Below are positions 19,044 through 29,447 of a stretch of 64,000 nucleotides of DNA, piece after piece. The translations under genes were made by a program, and so were the position numbers. The DNA is taken from positions 3,967 through 67,966 of the forward strand of contig CAZOKP010000003.1 of assembly GCA_964580435.1 (NCBI GenBank), read 5' to 3'. The notes beneath the pieces were generated by a model. It saw only the letters and a list, made by a program, of their open reading frames with translations, did no database searches and was not told the DNA's origin. How positions within the stretch are numbered: the first letter of the stretch is position 1; each line of letters begins with the position of its first letter. The stretch is from an uncultured Eubacteriales bacterium. Its GTDB lineage: Bacteria; Acidobacteriota; Aminicenantia; Aminicenantales; UBA8522.

Positions 19044-20081
19044 TCATAGACCGGATTCGAATATTCGCGCAAATCTTTTCATCTCTTGCTGATACTGAAA
19101 AGCCAGGGCGACTTCCTTCGCCCGGCTCCGATAATTATCGGGAGGTCCGCCAGTGTATTCCTCCTTGGACCAGCGGATCGTCTTTCCCAGCCAGGTTTCA
19201 AAAGGAGTTGAGGAGAAATCGAGGTCCCGCCGCGCCTTTTCGGTGGAAAGAATAAACGGCCTCCTCGTGGAGAAGGGAGAGAACAATGTCCCCAGTCCTG
19301 ACCCATCCAGGACCCACGAAGGCACATCGACGAGGTCCGGGTTTCGGCCCAAGATCCGCGCCGCAGCCTGCACAAAACTCCTTAAGGTTAAGATCTCCTG
19401 CTGAGCCAAATTATAGGCCTGACCGTGCGCTTTGCTATTCAGAAGGTTGCCGGCAACGGTCCGGACGATATCATCCTGATAGATGTGCGTAAAAGCGTTA
19501 AGTCCGCCGTCGGGAAGGACAACCGGCTTCCCGTCTTCGAGGCGCAAGAAATAGGAGTAGGCCCTCAGGGTGTAATCCCTCTCCCCCATCACGACCGGGA
19601 GGCGCAATATGGTCGCGGGAAAGCGGTGTTTTTCGTAGGCCCCGCGAAGAACCTCCTCGCACTTGCGTTTATTAAAGCCGTAGAGCCACCAGTCCTCGTT
19701 CTTCGTCGGCCGGGGAAAGATCTCTCGGTCGAAGTCTTCTTCAAGGAGAGGACACGGAAAATCTTTGGTGACGACGTAAACAGAGCCAGTGCTGATGTGG
19801 AAAAAATGGCCGACCTTGCCGCTGAATGTCTCCACAGCAGACCGGCTGTCTTCGGCCACAAAAGCGATCATGTCCACGACGACATCAAACTTTTCCTTTT
19901 TGAACCTCTGGCGGAAATCCAGGCGGTCGTTCCTGTCGCCTTTGATGCGTCGGACCTGGTCTCCCAGGTCGTCGGGTGTCCGGCCGCGGTTGAAGAGCGA
20001 CACGTCATGGCCCTCAGCCAGGAGCCTTTTGACGATGTGATAGCCGAAAAAGCGTGTTCCGCCGATGACCAGTATTCTCAT
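19044..20081 (-). CDS. NAD-dependent epimerase/dehydratase family protein (SDR)
   Basis: N-terminal Rossmann motif MRILVIGGTRFFGYHIVKRL, ~345 aa. Confidence 0.75.
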   Translation of the reverse strand: MRILVIGGTRFFGYHIVKRLLAEGHDVSLFNRGRTPDDLGDQVRRIKGDRNDRLDFRQRFKKEKFDVVVDMIAFVAEDSRSAVETFSGKVGHFFHISTGSVYVVTKDFPCPLLEEDFDREIFPRPTKNEDWWLYGFNKRKCEEVLRGAYEKHRFPATILRLPVVMGERDYTLRAYSYFLRLEDGKPVVLPDGGLNAFTHIYQDDIVRTVAGNLLNSKAHGQAYNLAQQEILTLRSFVQAAARILGRNPDLVDVPSWVLDGSGLGTLFSPFSTRRPFILSTEKARRDLDFSSTPFETWLGKTIRWSKEEYTGGPPDNYRSRAKEVALAFQYQQEMKRFARIFESGL

Positions 20082-20172
20082 ACTGCCCTAAGAAAAGCTC
20101 AGCCCCTTTTTGTTGTCATGAACAGCAGTCTCATAATAGCGCAAAAGGCGGGCTTTGTCCAGCCGCGTCGTT

Positions 20173-21591
20173 TCAATCAAAAATCTTGCCCGGGTTCAGA
20201 ATATGATGCGGGTCGAAGAGCCGTTTGATGCCCTTCATCAGCTCCACCTGAACCTCGTCCAGGGTCAAAGAAAGGAAAGGCTTCTTGACGATTCCGATGC
20301 CGTGCTCTCCCGAGACCACCCCTCCCCGTTCCTTGCCGTCGGCATAAAGCTCTTCTCGGACTTTATCGACCTTGGCCCGCCACTCCTCTTCTGGGAGAGG
20401 AATCATTTTTCGTCCGGAATAACGGGCCCGCATGATGTGAGTATGGACATTTCCGTCGGCCGCGTGCCCGAACGTGGGCAACCAGATGGCGTATTTCTCG
20501 GAGACCTCGCGGACCCGCCGGACATGTCCGGGGATTTCCGCCCGAGGGATGGAGATGTCCAGGATCTCGATGGTGTGGGATTTTATGGCCTCATAAATTT
20601 TGCTCCGGATCTCCAGCACCGTCTCCTGCTTTTTGGGCGTGTCGGCGATAAAGACATCACTGGCTCCCTTTTCCAGACATACTTCGGCCACGGCCTGGGA
20701 GAGCCTGTCCATTTCTTCCCCGCTCGAAGCATCGAGAACAACAAGAAGATACGTCTTGCCCTCCGAGCACGGCCAGCGCTTGTCAAGATAATCCTCGGTG
20801 ATGCGGATCACTTCCTCCTCGATGAACTCCACGGCCATGGGCATGATTTTTCTGCTCATCAGAAGAGGGACCGATTCGATGGCGCTCTCCAGGTTTCCAA
20901 ACGGTATGACCAAGGAACGGGTCAGCTGAGCTGCGGGAAGAAGCTGGATAATGGCCTCTGTGATCACGCCCAGGGTTCCCTCCGAACCGATCATGAGATG
21001 AAGAAGGTTGTAGCCCGTGCTGCTCTTCATGAGCTTTCCACCCAGCCGGATGACCTTTCCCTGGGGAAGGACGACCTCAAGCCCTCTCACGTAATTCCTG
21101 ACCACGCCGTACTTGACGGCGCAGCTACCGCCCGCGTTCGTGGCAATGAGCCCTCCGATCATGGCGCTCTCCTCTCCCGGATGAGGAGGAAAAGAAAGGC
21201 CGGCCTCCTCCACAGCTTTAGCGAACTCCATCAAGCTCAGCCCAGGTTCTACAACCGCCATCTGATTCTCACGGTCGATCTCGACCATCCTATTCATCTT
21301 TTCCAAAGATAAGACGATGCCTCCAAAAAGAGGTACGCACCCGCCGCAGAGGCCCGTCGCTCCCCCCCGGGGTGTGACAGGGATTCTTTCCTCATCGGCA
21401 AGCTTAAGCACAGCGGCTACCTCTTCTGTCCTTTGAGGCTTGACGACGACCTCCGGGGTTTTCCTGATATCATGGAGAGAAAATTCATCGTGGCTGTAGT
21501 CGGCCATCTTCTCGGGGTCGGAAACCAAGTTCTCCGGCCCGACGAGATTTTCAAGTTGCTGACGAATTCTTGGGTCGACTTTTTTATACAT
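20173..21591 (-). CDS. FAD-linked oxidase (GlcD/D-lactate dehydrogenase-like FAD-binding oxidoreductase)
   Basis: 472 aa with an FAD_binding_4-type N-terminus and an FAD-oxidase C-terminal domain. Resembles glycolate oxidase subunit GlcD. Confidence 0.75.
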   Translation of the reverse strand: MYKKVDPRIRQQLENLVGPENLVSDPEKMADYSHDEFSLHDIRKTPEVVVKPQRTEEVAAVLKLADEERIPVTPRGGATGLCGGCVPLFGGIVLSLEKMNRMVEIDRENQMAVVEPGLSLMEFAKAVEEAGLSFPPHPGEESAMIGGLIATNAGGSCAVKYGVVRNYVRGLEVVLPQGKVIRLGGKLMKSSTGYNLLHLMIGSEGTLGVITEAIIQLLPAAQLTRSLVIPFGNLESAIESVPLLMSRKIMPMAVEFIEEEVIRITEDYLDKRWPCSEGKTYLLVVLDASSGEEMDRLSQAVAEVCLEKGASDVFIADTPKKQETVLEIRSKIYEAIKSHTIEILDISIPRAEIPGHVRRVREVSEKYAIWLPTFGHAADGNVHTHIMRARYSGRKMIPLPEEEWRAKVDKVREELYADGKERGGVVSGEHGIGIVKKPFLSLTLDEVQVELMKGIKRLFDPHHILNPGKIFD

Positions 21592-21636
21592 ATTCCCTCA
21601 CGAAAGCTATAATCCAACGCAATCTTTGTGTCAAAT

Positions 21637-22425
21637 TCATTCCTGGCCAGCTCCTGGACGGAGCTGGCGGGGGAAAAAAACCACGATTTGAGGCTTGCCT
21701 TTATATTCCTCAAGGAAACCGGATGCGATGAGAACGCGGCCCATATAATTCTTCACCGCAGGGAAAGCGCCTGCTCGATTCCGCGGAATCAAGGCTTCGA
21801 ATTCCCCCGCTCCGGAGATAAGATAGATAAACGACCGTCCTTCTTCTACAGAAGAGCAGTTAAACCGGACCGAGATGTATTCTCCAAGGCGCGACCGCGC
21901 CACCGCTGCAGAGATTGTCTCCGGCTCTTCTTCCCGCCAGAGTCCCCTCTTTTCCCTGCGGGCTTCTTGCTGGGCTTCCCGAAAAAGGTCTTGGATATCG
22001 CTCCGGTAGGGAAAAGCCAGGAAAGCATAGGCAAAACCTTCTCTGATGATGAATTCATTGAAAAGCTTGTCTTTATCCGTCCAAACATAAGCCAGGATTC
22101 TTCCGTATTTGTCCACCCGGGTCTGGTCATAGGTCAAACGGACCTTATTGCGATTAAGATAAAAAAAAGAAAACCTCCTGGCCAGCAGCGCCCAAAAAGC
22201 CACGTCCTCTCTCGGGTCATCTATCTCCGGGGTGTCTACACCAATAAGCCTAATCCGCTCGGAAGAGCCGTCAGAAAATTGAACCTGGATGGTATCTCCG
22301 TCATAGACCACGACTACGGTGCCCGCGTCATAATGGCGGGGCGTTTCGGATAGAGGAGCGGCCGAAGCGCTGCTGATCCGGAAAGAGCAGAAAAATAAGG
22401 GCAACAGAAAAAAGCGGTATCTCAA
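21637..22425 (-). CDS. Secreted thermonuclease (staphylococcal nuclease-like) with C-terminal extension of unknown function
   Basis: Signal peptide. The SNase core has VVYDGDTIQV…IRLIGVDTPE…GRILAYV. About 90 additional C-terminal residues follow. Confidence 0.75.
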   Translation of the reverse strand: MRYRFFLLPLFFCSFRISSASAAPLSETPRHYDAGTVVVVYDGDTIQVQFSDGSSERIRLIGVDTPEIDDPREDVAFWALLARRFSFFYLNRNKVRLTYDQTRVDKYGRILAYVWTDKDKLFNEFIIREGFAYAFLAFPYRSDIQDLFREAQQEARREKRGLWREEEPETISAAVARSRLGEYISVRFNCSSVEEGRSFIYLISGAGEFEALIPRNRAGAFPAVKNYMGRVLIASGFLEEYKGKPQIVVFFPRQLRPGAGQE

Positions 22426-22437
22426 AGAAGATTTCCC

Positions 22438-24267
22438 TTAGGCCTGAATAAGCTCTTTGACCGCTTTGAGGATATAAGACGCGCTTATCCCGCACATTTC
22501 CATAAGCTCGGCGGGTTTTCCCGACCGAGGGAGGCGGGTGATACAAAGATGCACGATCGTGGTGTTCCCGTCCAAGGCCAGAGCGACCGCTTCCCCCAGC
22601 CCGCCGCTTGGGAAATGGTCTTCGACAACAATCACCTTGCCACCGGTCTCAGCGACTTCTCTCCTGATCGTTTCACAGTCCAACGGCTGGACGGAATAGG
22701 CGTCGATAAGGCGGATCCCGATGCCCTCTTTTTTCAATTCGTCATGAGCCTTGAGCGCCTCGAACACGGTGATACCCGCGGCAATGACGGTGGCGACGTC
22801 CTTTTCCCCCTTCCGCAGGACTTTGGACCCGCCGATGGGAAAGCTCTCCTCCCGAGAATAGAGAAGCGGTGTCGCCGGCCGTGTCGTCCGCAGATACGCC
22901 AGGCCTTCCTGGCGAAGCATGGACTCCAGACATCCTTCCGCCGAGAAAGCGTCACAAGGATAGAGGACAACGCAACCGGGAATGGGCTTGAAGATGGCCA
23001 TATCCTCGAGTCCCATCTGCGAAGGCCCGTCTTCCCCAATGCTCACGCCTACATGGGATCCGCAGAACTTGATGTTGGAAAAAGAATACGCCGACATCCG
23101 GATCTGGTCATGGGCCCGGCTGAGGAAAGCGGCAAATGTGGCGATAAATGGGATAAATCCCTTGGCCGACAGTCCAATGCCCATCCCCACCATATTTTGT
23201 TCGGCAATATAGGTCTGGAAAGACCTTTTGGGAAAGGCCTCAAAGAATTTCTCCGCATAGGTGGAGTTCTTGACGTCCCCATCAAGAGCCACGACCCATT
23301 CATTGACCTCGCCGATCCTTTGGAGCGCTATCCCGTACGCCAGGCGCGTCGCCGTTTTTTCGGTGTATTGGGATTTATCAAAATCGAGCGCCCTCTTCCA
23401 GCGCGGCCGCTGCGCCGCCCGGGGCTTGCGGACATATTTTCGAGAATCGATCTCCGGCATAGGGCCGATCTCTTCGAGGGCACGCAGCAGTTCATCCTCT
23501 TTCAACGGCTTGCCATGCCAGCCGTTCTTGTCCTCGACAAACGAAACCCCCTTGCCCTTGATCGTTTTGGCCAGGAGAACCGCAGGGCCCTTGGCCTTCC
23601 TGACCTTCTCAAAGACCTCGAGGATGGCGCCGACATTGTGGCCATCCACCTTATAAACCTCCCATCCAAACGCCTTGAATTTACGCTCATAAGCCTTGAG
23701 GTCATGGCCGTGCATTGTCGCTTCGGACTGACCGAGCCTATTGATGTCCGCAATAGCGATAAGATTGTTGAGCCGGAGAAGAACGGCCGAGTTCGCCGCT
23801 TCCCAGACGGATCCTTCGGCGCACTCGCCATCGCCCATCATGACGAATGTCCGGCCGGGCGATTTTCCGATCTTCTGGGCAAGGGCGATGCCGACGCCGA
23901 CAGACAAGCCCTGCCCCAGGGACCCCGTGGCCGCCTTGACCCAGGATATTCGCGGCGTGGGATGGCCTTCGAGAGCAGAGGTCACCCGGCGCAGGCTCAT
24001 CAGATCTTCGAGAGGGAGGATGCCGGCCTCAGCATAAGCTGCCCAAAGGATGGGCGCAGCATGGCCTTTGGAGAGGACGAACTCATCGTTGCCCCAATCG
24101 TGGGGATCACTGATGTTGTATCTCATTTCGCTGAAAAAAAGGCAGGCGGCCAGGTCGGCCATGGACAGGCACGTGGTCGGATGCCCGGAGCCGGCTGTGG
24201 TCGTCATTTGCAGAGAATGGATGCGCAATCTTGTGGCGATTTTTTCTAAGGCCTCTCTTTTGTTCAT
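22438..24267 (-). CDS. tkt: Transketolase
   Basis: 609 aa. The N-terminal TPP-binding region has SGHPTTCLSMADLAACLF…GHAAP. Pyrimidine-binding and C-terminal domains are present in the same ORF. Confidence 0.85.
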   Translation of the reverse strand: MNKREALEKIATRLRIHSLQMTTTAGSGHPTTCLSMADLAACLFFSEMRYNISDPHDWGNDEFVLSKGHAAPILWAAYAEAGILPLEDLMSLRRVTSALEGHPTPRISWVKAATGSLGQGLSVGVGIALAQKIGKSPGRTFVMMGDGECAEGSVWEAANSAVLLRLNNLIAIADINRLGQSEATMHGHDLKAYERKFKAFGWEVYKVDGHNVGAILEVFEKVRKAKGPAVLLAKTIKGKGVSFVEDKNGWHGKPLKEDELLRALEEIGPMPEIDSRKYVRKPRAAQRPRWKRALDFDKSQYTEKTATRLAYGIALQRIGEVNEWVVALDGDVKNSTYAEKFFEAFPKRSFQTYIAEQNMVGMGIGLSAKGFIPFIATFAAFLSRAHDQIRMSAYSFSNIKFCGSHVGVSIGEDGPSQMGLEDMAIFKPIPGCVVLYPCDAFSAEGCLESMLRQEGLAYLRTTRPATPLLYSREESFPIGGSKVLRKGEKDVATVIAAGITVFEALKAHDELKKEGIGIRLIDAYSVQPLDCETIRREVAETGGKVIVVEDHFPSGGLGEAVALALDGNTTIVHLCITRLPRSGKPAELMEMCGISASYILKAVKELIQA

Positions 24268-24488
24268 CGCGTCTCCCTCCCTTCTTTAGATCGAAGGCGT
24301 TTTCAAAAAGGAATCATTATAATATCTTCAGCACTTCTCAACAATAATCTTTTTACGGGCAGGGATGAGGAGGTAGCCCCGAACGGCGAGGACGGCATCT
24401 CAAATTCACCCCGGAAATCATCGCCGGCGGTTATTGACCGAGCGCCGCAAAAATTATATCTATAGTCCTGAAACCCCAAGGAAGAGAT

Positions 24489-24983
24489 ATGTCTGAAAAC
24501 AGAACAGACAGAATGAATGACTTGTTTTCTCAGGCAAGCCAGATCCTTGATGTCCTTCGCGAGATCGAGCTCGCGGTGGCAGAGCTTTATCGCCGCTTCT
24601 CCCTTTTTTTCCCGCACGACCGGGTCTTCTGGCAAGACTTGTCCAAGGACGAGGGGAATCACGCCGCCATGGTGACCGAACTCAAGACCACTCTTCTTAA
24701 AAATGGAGCGCATTTTGAGGTCGGGAAAATCAACCTGTTAGTCCTGACCACCTTCCGCAAGAGAATTGAAGGCAATATCAGCCGCCTCCAGAGAGGGGAA
24801 ATCGGCAGGAGGACCGCCCTTTTCATCGCTCGAGACCATGAAAAGACCCTGATCGAGCACAGCTTTTACAGCGCCATCAGGAGCGAAAACAAAGACTACC
24901 AACAGATCCAGAAAAGGATCGAAAGCGAAACGGAAAACCATTTCCAGAAGCTTGAAAATTACATCCAGACGCTCTTTCCGTGA
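24489..24983 (+). CDS. Hypothetical protein, possible ferritin-like/diiron four-helix-bundle fold
   Basis: 164 aa with several E…H pairs spaced as in ferritin-like domains (DEGNH, DHEKTLIEH, ETENH). Assignment is tentative. Confidence 0.35.
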   Translation: MSENRTDRMNDLFSQASQILDVLREIELAVAELYRRFSLFFPHDRVFWQDLSKDEGNHAAMVTELKTTLLKNGAHFEVGKINLLVLTTFRKRIEGNISRLQRGEIGRRTALFIARDHEKTLIEHSFYSAIRSENKDYQQIQKRIESETENHFQKLENYIQTLFP

Positions 24984-25016
24984 TGGTTTTCATTCTTTTC
25001 CCCAAGCAGAGAAACA

Positions 25017-26138
25017 TCAGGATGACCAGGTGCGCGGGAAAAAGAGTTTTTCGTAGAGAGCCAGGGCATAAAGGTCCGTCATCCCGGCGATAAAATCTGC
25101 GGCTCTCCTCTCCAGCGAATCCCCCCTGGGATAAGGCTTGACGTAGGGGTCGGGGTTGCGAAGGACATAGGCATAAAGGTCGGCGAGAATTTTTTTGGCT
25201 TTGTCGATCTCCTCCGCGGCAGGAGGACTGCAATAGACTTTCGTGTAGAGAAATTCCCTCAACTCGACGACGGCGGACAAGACCTTCTCGCTCATGGCTA
25301 TCCTCTCCAGGTCGGCGCTCAGACTGGCTGTGACGACATCCTCAACCATGCGGTCGATGCGCGTGGCCGGCCATCTCCCCAAAGCCTTAACCAAATGAGG
25401 AGGAATGTCGTCCTCTTCAATGACCCCAGCGCGGAGGGCGTCATCGCTATCATGATTGACATAGGCGATGATATCGGAAACCCTCACGACCTGTCCTTCC
25501 AAGGTCTCGGGCATGTCCTTGAAATTGTCTTCCAAGATCTGTCCCCTGCCCTTGGAATGCTTCTGGATGCCTTCTCTAACTTCGTAAGTGAGATTCAGGC
25601 CCTTGCCCTCGTACTCCAATTTTTCCACAACGCGCAGGCTCTGCTCATAATGGCTAAACCCGTCCGAGAGCAGCTTGTCCAGGGTTTCCTCCCCGGCATG
25701 TCCGAAGGGCGTGTGCCCGAGGTCGTGCCCGAGAGCGATGGCCTCGGTCAAGTCCTCGTTGAGGCGCAAGGCCTTGGCGATCGTCCGGGCGATCTGGGAG
25801 ACCTCCAGGGTGTGGGTCAACCGGGTCCGGAAGTGGTCCCCGAAAGGAGCCAGAAATACCTGCGTCTTGTGCTTTAATCTGCGGAAAGACTTGGAATGGA
25901 TGATCCTGTCGCGGTCCCTCTGAAAGGCTGTTCTTAGACTGTGAGGATTCTCGGGCCGGACTCTCCCCTGGGAGTCAGCGCTCAGGATGGCCTTCGGTGA
26001 AAGAGTCGCTTTTTCGATTTCTTCGAGCTTCTCGCGTATGTTCATGGATGGGAGGGAAACTATTATAACACACGACTCTTTCTTCTTATATTCTTGTTTT
26101 GTTGCCTCAGGCCAGATTTGACACTCCCATCTGTCCAC
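25017..26138 (-). CDS. dgt: dGTPase-like HD-domain phosphohydrolase (deoxyguanosinetriphosphate triphosphohydrolase family)
   Basis: HD motif region [16 protein letters not shown]…[14 protein letters not shown], 373 aa. Confidence 0.8.
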   Translation of the reverse strand: MDRWECQIWPEATKQEYKKKESCVIIVSLPSMNIREKLEEIEKATLSPKAILSADSQGRVRPENPHSLRTAFQRDRDRIIHSKSFRRLKHKTQVFLAPFGDHFRTRLTHTLEVSQIARTIAKALRLNEDLTEAIALGHDLGHTPFGHAGEETLDKLLSDGFSHYEQSLRVVEKLEYEGKGLNLTYEVREGIQKHSKGRGQILEDNFKDMPETLEGQVVRVSDIIAYVNHDSDDALRAGVIEEDDIPPHLVKALGRWPATRIDRMVEDVVTASLSADLERIAMSEKVLSAVVELREFLYTKVYCSPPAAEEIDKAKKILADLYAYVLRNPDPYVKPYPRGDSLERRAADFIAGMTDLYALALYEKLFFPRTWSS

Positions 26139-26177
26139 TAGTATTATTCAAATAAAACAAAGACAACTGAGCTGAAG

Positions 26178-26390
26178 ATGCTTAAAGAATCTCCTCTGGG
26201 CTCGGTCAAGGCCGCTTTTGGATGCGGTATCCTTATTATCTTCTTTACTGCGTTTCTGGGCATTGTGGTTTCATTCTTTGCCAAGAACCCCGCGTTAGCT
26301 TCAGCGATCCGAAAAAGATGTGCCATAGGAATTATAATAGGTCTATTAATGACAGTTGCTTGGAAGATATATAAGAATCATTCCGAGTGA
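26178..26390 (+). CDS. Small predicted membrane protein (70 aa, two hydrophobic helices)
   Basis: The ORF lies in a noticeably lower-GC stretch (~45%) between dgt and yggS and has two TM-like segments. No homology claim is possible. Confidence 0.25.
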   Translation: MLKESPLGSVKAAFGCGILIIFFTAFLGIVVSFFAKNPALASAIRKRCAIGIIIGLLMTVAWKIYKNHSE

Positions 26391-26477
26391 ACAAGATCGA
26401 GGCAAATGGAGAGCTGCGCTAAGAGATTCCTGATCGAAAGTCTTGAATTATCGCTGTTTTTTGAGTAATTTTAACCC

Positions 26478-27140
26478 GTGATTCAAGAGAACGTTCGGGT
26501 TTTGCTCGAAGAGCTTCCCGAACATGTCGCGCTTGTGGCCGCGGCCAAATCCCGCACTCCCGAGGAAATCCTGGAGGCCATCACAGCCGGCGTAAGGATC
26601 ATCGGCGAAAACTACATCCAAGAAGCCCAGGCGGCCTACGCCGTCATCGGCCGGCAGGTGAAATGGCATTTTATCGGCCACCTCCAGAAAAACAAGGTCA
26701 AGAAAGCCGTGGAGATCTTCGACATGATCGAGACTGTGGACTCGCTCGAGATGGCCAGAGAAATTGACAAACGCTGCGGCGAGCGGGGAAAATCCTTGCC
26801 CGTCCTGATCGAGGTCAATAGCGGCCGGGAGCCGCAAAAATTCGGCCTTCTGCCTGAGGATGCGGAAAGCCTGATCAGGGAACTGGGCCGGTTTCAGCAC
26901 CTCAGAGTAGAAGGATTGATGACCATGGGCCCGGAGTCCGGCGACCCGGAGGATGCCCGTCCATATTTTCGCGAGACCAAGAAGATTTTTGGTCAAATCA
27001 AGGCTCTCGACCTCGAGGGAGTCTCGATGAACTGGCTCTCGATGGGCATGTCCCACTCTTACCGGGTGGCCATAGAAGAAGGGGCGAATATGGTTCGTAT
27101 CGGGACCAGGATTTTCGGGCCAAGGACAGGAAAAAAATGA
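26478..27140 (+). CDS. yggS: YggS-family pyridoxal phosphate homeostasis protein
   Basis: 220 aa with a characteristic N-terminus (…LVAAAKSRTPEEI…AGVRIIGENYIQEA). Confidence 0.85.
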   Translation: MIQENVRVLLEELPEHVALVAAAKSRTPEEILEAITAGVRIIGENYIQEAQAAYAVIGRQVKWHFIGHLQKNKVKKAVEIFDMIETVDSLEMAREIDKRCGERGKSLPVLIEVNSGREPQKFGLLPEDAESLIRELGRFQHLRVEGLMTMGPESGDPEDARPYFRETKKIFGQIKALDLEGVSMNWLSMGMSHSYRVAIEEGANMVRIGTRIFGPRTGKK

Positions 27141-28228
27141 AAATACAAAAGATCGACATTTTCTATTTTGACATCCCCCTTCGGGAGCCGTTCAGAATCT
27201 CGATCGGGACAATGCGTGGAGCAAACAATGTGCTTGTTAGGGTCCTCACCGATTCAGGGCTTTTCGGTCTCGGCGAAGCCTGTCCTTTTCCACCCATCAC
27301 GGGAGAAACCCAGGAGACGAATATTTCTGCCGCCAGAAGCCTGAGGGACCTGCTCATCGGAAAAGACCCGCTGGCGGTAGAACAATTTATCCGCGAAGCC
27401 GGGAGCTTTCTCAGGTCTAATCCGAGCATCGTCGCGGCATTTGATATGGCCCTATATGACATCCTCGGAAAAGCCTCCTCTCTGCCCCTCTTCCGGCTTC
27501 TCGGCGGCTCCGACAAACCCCTCGAGACGGATATCACAGCCGACCTTGACTCTTCCAAAAAAATGGCGGCAAAGGCGAAGCGGTTCGTCGCCGCAGGATA
27601 CAAAAAGATCAAGATAAAGGTGGGCCAAGATCCTGCCATGGATGTGGCCCGGCTCGAGGCGATCAGGGACGCCATCGGCTACGGCAACGAAATCAGCATT
27701 GATGCCAACCAAGGCTGGACTGTTCCTCAAGCCATTTCCGCCCTGAAGAGGATGGAAAGGTTCAGGATTCAGTATGTAGAACAGCCAGTCGCCGCCTGGG
27801 ATTTGGCTGGGCTGCGGACTGTCCGCCAACTGAGCCCGATTCCCGTCATGGCCGATGAGGCCCTCTTCTCACCCCACGATGCCGTCCGGCTCGTCAGAGA
27901 AGACGCCTGCGATTATTTCAACATCAAGCTGATGAAATCCGGTGGAATATTGAATGCGCTCAAAATCGCTCACATCGGAGAAAGCGCCAATGTCCAGGCC
28001 ATGGTCGGGTGCATGCTTGAAACGCGGCTCGCCCTGACCGCAGCGGCGCATCTCATGGCCGCGCAAAGCAACATCATCTTTGCCGACCTCGACGGGAATG
28101 CGTCCCACACGCTGGACCCGGTCAGGGGCGGGATGATTGTCAAGGGCGGGATAATCACCCTTCCGCAAGAGCCGGGGCTTGGCCTGGATATCGACCCGGC
28201 CTTCCTGAAAAAGCTGCCCAAAGTGTGA
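27137..28228 (+). CDS. Dipeptide epimerase (enolase superfamily, L-Ala-D/L-Glu epimerase-like)
   Basis: Mandelate racemase/muconate lactonizing enzyme family features (KIKVG…, metal-ligand region …DANQGW…). It overlaps yggS by 4 nt. Confidence 0.7.
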   Translation: MKIQKIDIFYFDIPLREPFRISIGTMRGANNVLVRVLTDSGLFGLGEACPFPPITGETQETNISAARSLRDLLIGKDPLAVEQFIREAGSFLRSNPSIVAAFDMALYDILGKASSLPLFRLLGGSDKPLETDITADLDSSKKMAAKAKRFVAAGYKKIKIKVGQDPAMDVARLEAIRDAIGYGNEISIDANQGWTVPQAISALKRMERFRIQYVEQPVAAWDLAGLRTVRQLSPIPVMADEALFSPHDAVRLVREDACDYFNIKLMKSGGILNALKIAHIGESANVQAMVGCMLETRLALTAAAHLMAAQSNIIFADLDGNASHTLDPVRGGMIVKGGIITLPQEPGLGLDIDPAFLKKLPKV

Positions 28229-28231
28229 AAC

Positions 28232-29347
28232 TTGTCTAAAAAAACAAAAAATCGTCTGAACGGAATGGAGAGCGCTCCGGGAGCAGAGACGATAATCGGG
28301 GGTAAGCGGCGCCTTTATTTCGCCGGAACGAGCTATTTCGGGCTGCACGGCCATCCTGAATTGATCCGGGCCGGGGTGGAGGCCTTTCAAAAATATGGAA
28401 CGCACAGCGCCACGTCGCGCGCCGGGTTCGGGAACAACCCCGTTTTGCTCGAAGTGGAGGAGCGGCTCAAGGAATTTTTTAGAGGACCCGATGCGGTGTA
28501 TTTCGGCTCAGGATACCTGAGCAGCCTGGTCCTGGCCCGAGGCCTGGCAGAAAAGTATGATGCCGTTTTTATTGACGAGGCCGCCCATTTCTGTATCATC
28601 GACTCTGTTCATTCCCTTGGAAAGCCCGTTTACAGGTTCCGCCACCGCGACCCTGAGGATCTGAGAAAGAAACTCAAGGCAAGACTTAAGGCCCGTCAAA
28701 CACCTTTCCTCCTGACCGACGGTATCTTCCCGACCTATGGGCATATCGCGCCCGTGCCTGATTACCTGGCCGTCCTCACGCCCTATAAGGGCCTCATCGG
28801 CCTGGATGATGCCCACGGTGTGGGAGTCTTGGGACCTAACGGTCGAGGAACGTACGAACATTTCGGGCTGACGTCAGAAAGCCTGCATCTGGCCGGGACA
28901 TTAAGCAAGGCCTTCGGCGGGCACGGCGGGTTCGTCGTCGGAGGGAAAAAATTGATCGCCCGCGTCAGAAACACGGTCGGGGCCTACATCGGGTCGACTC
29001 CGACCCCCACCCCCATCGCGGCGGCGACAGCCAGAGGCATCGAAATCCTGAGAAATCATCCGGAAATGAGAGAACGGCTGAGGAAGAATGTCACCCTGGT
29101 GAAAGCCGGGATGAAAAAATTGGGAGTGCCCATTGACGAAACTCCTGTGCCGATTGTGGCCTGGTCGATGGGATCGGCCGAAAAAATGAAGAAGGTTCAG
29201 AGATCGCTGCTGAGCCGCGGCATCGCCATCGCTTATCTCAAGTATATCGGCGCGCCCGCAGAAGGTGTGCTCAGGGTGACGATTTTTTCCACTCATACTG
29301 CCGAGCATATCCGCAGGCTCCTGGAAGAGCTCGAAAAAGCAATCTGA
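28232..29347 (+). CDS. Class I/II aminotransferase of the alpha-oxoamine synthase family (BioF/serine palmitoyltransferase-like)
   Basis: …YFAGTSYFGL…GTHSATSRAGFGN… with a PLP-lysine region (TLSKAFGGHGG), 371 aa. Confidence 0.65.
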   Translation: MSKKTKNRLNGMESAPGAETIIGGKRRLYFAGTSYFGLHGHPELIRAGVEAFQKYGTHSATSRAGFGNNPVLLEVEERLKEFFRGPDAVYFGSGYLSSLVLARGLAEKYDAVFIDEAAHFCIIDSVHSLGKPVYRFRHRDPEDLRKKLKARLKARQTPFLLTDGIFPTYGHIAPVPDYLAVLTPYKGLIGLDDAHGVGVLGPNGRGTYEHFGLTSESLHLAGTLSKAFGGHGGFVVGGKKLIARVRNTVGAYIGSTPTPTPIAAATARGIEILRNHPEMRERLRKNVTLVKAGMKKLGVPIDETPVPIVAWSMGSAEKMKKVQRSLLSRGIAIAYLKYIGAPAEGVLRVTIFSTHTAEHIRRLLEELEKAI

Positions 29348-29447
29348 ACGCCGGAACAAATAGGACGGGTTTACGTATATATCTAAGGAACGAAAATTAT
29401 GTTCCCCGGGCGCAACCCCGGGTTGAAGGCCATTTAAGGAGAAATCA

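Noticed and set aside
29348-29447. CCCGGG-cgcaac-CCCGGG self-complementary hairpin between the aminotransferase and the methyltransferase
   Set aside because: No following T-tract, and it lies just upstream of the next gene's RBS. Insufficient evidence for a terminator or regulatory role.
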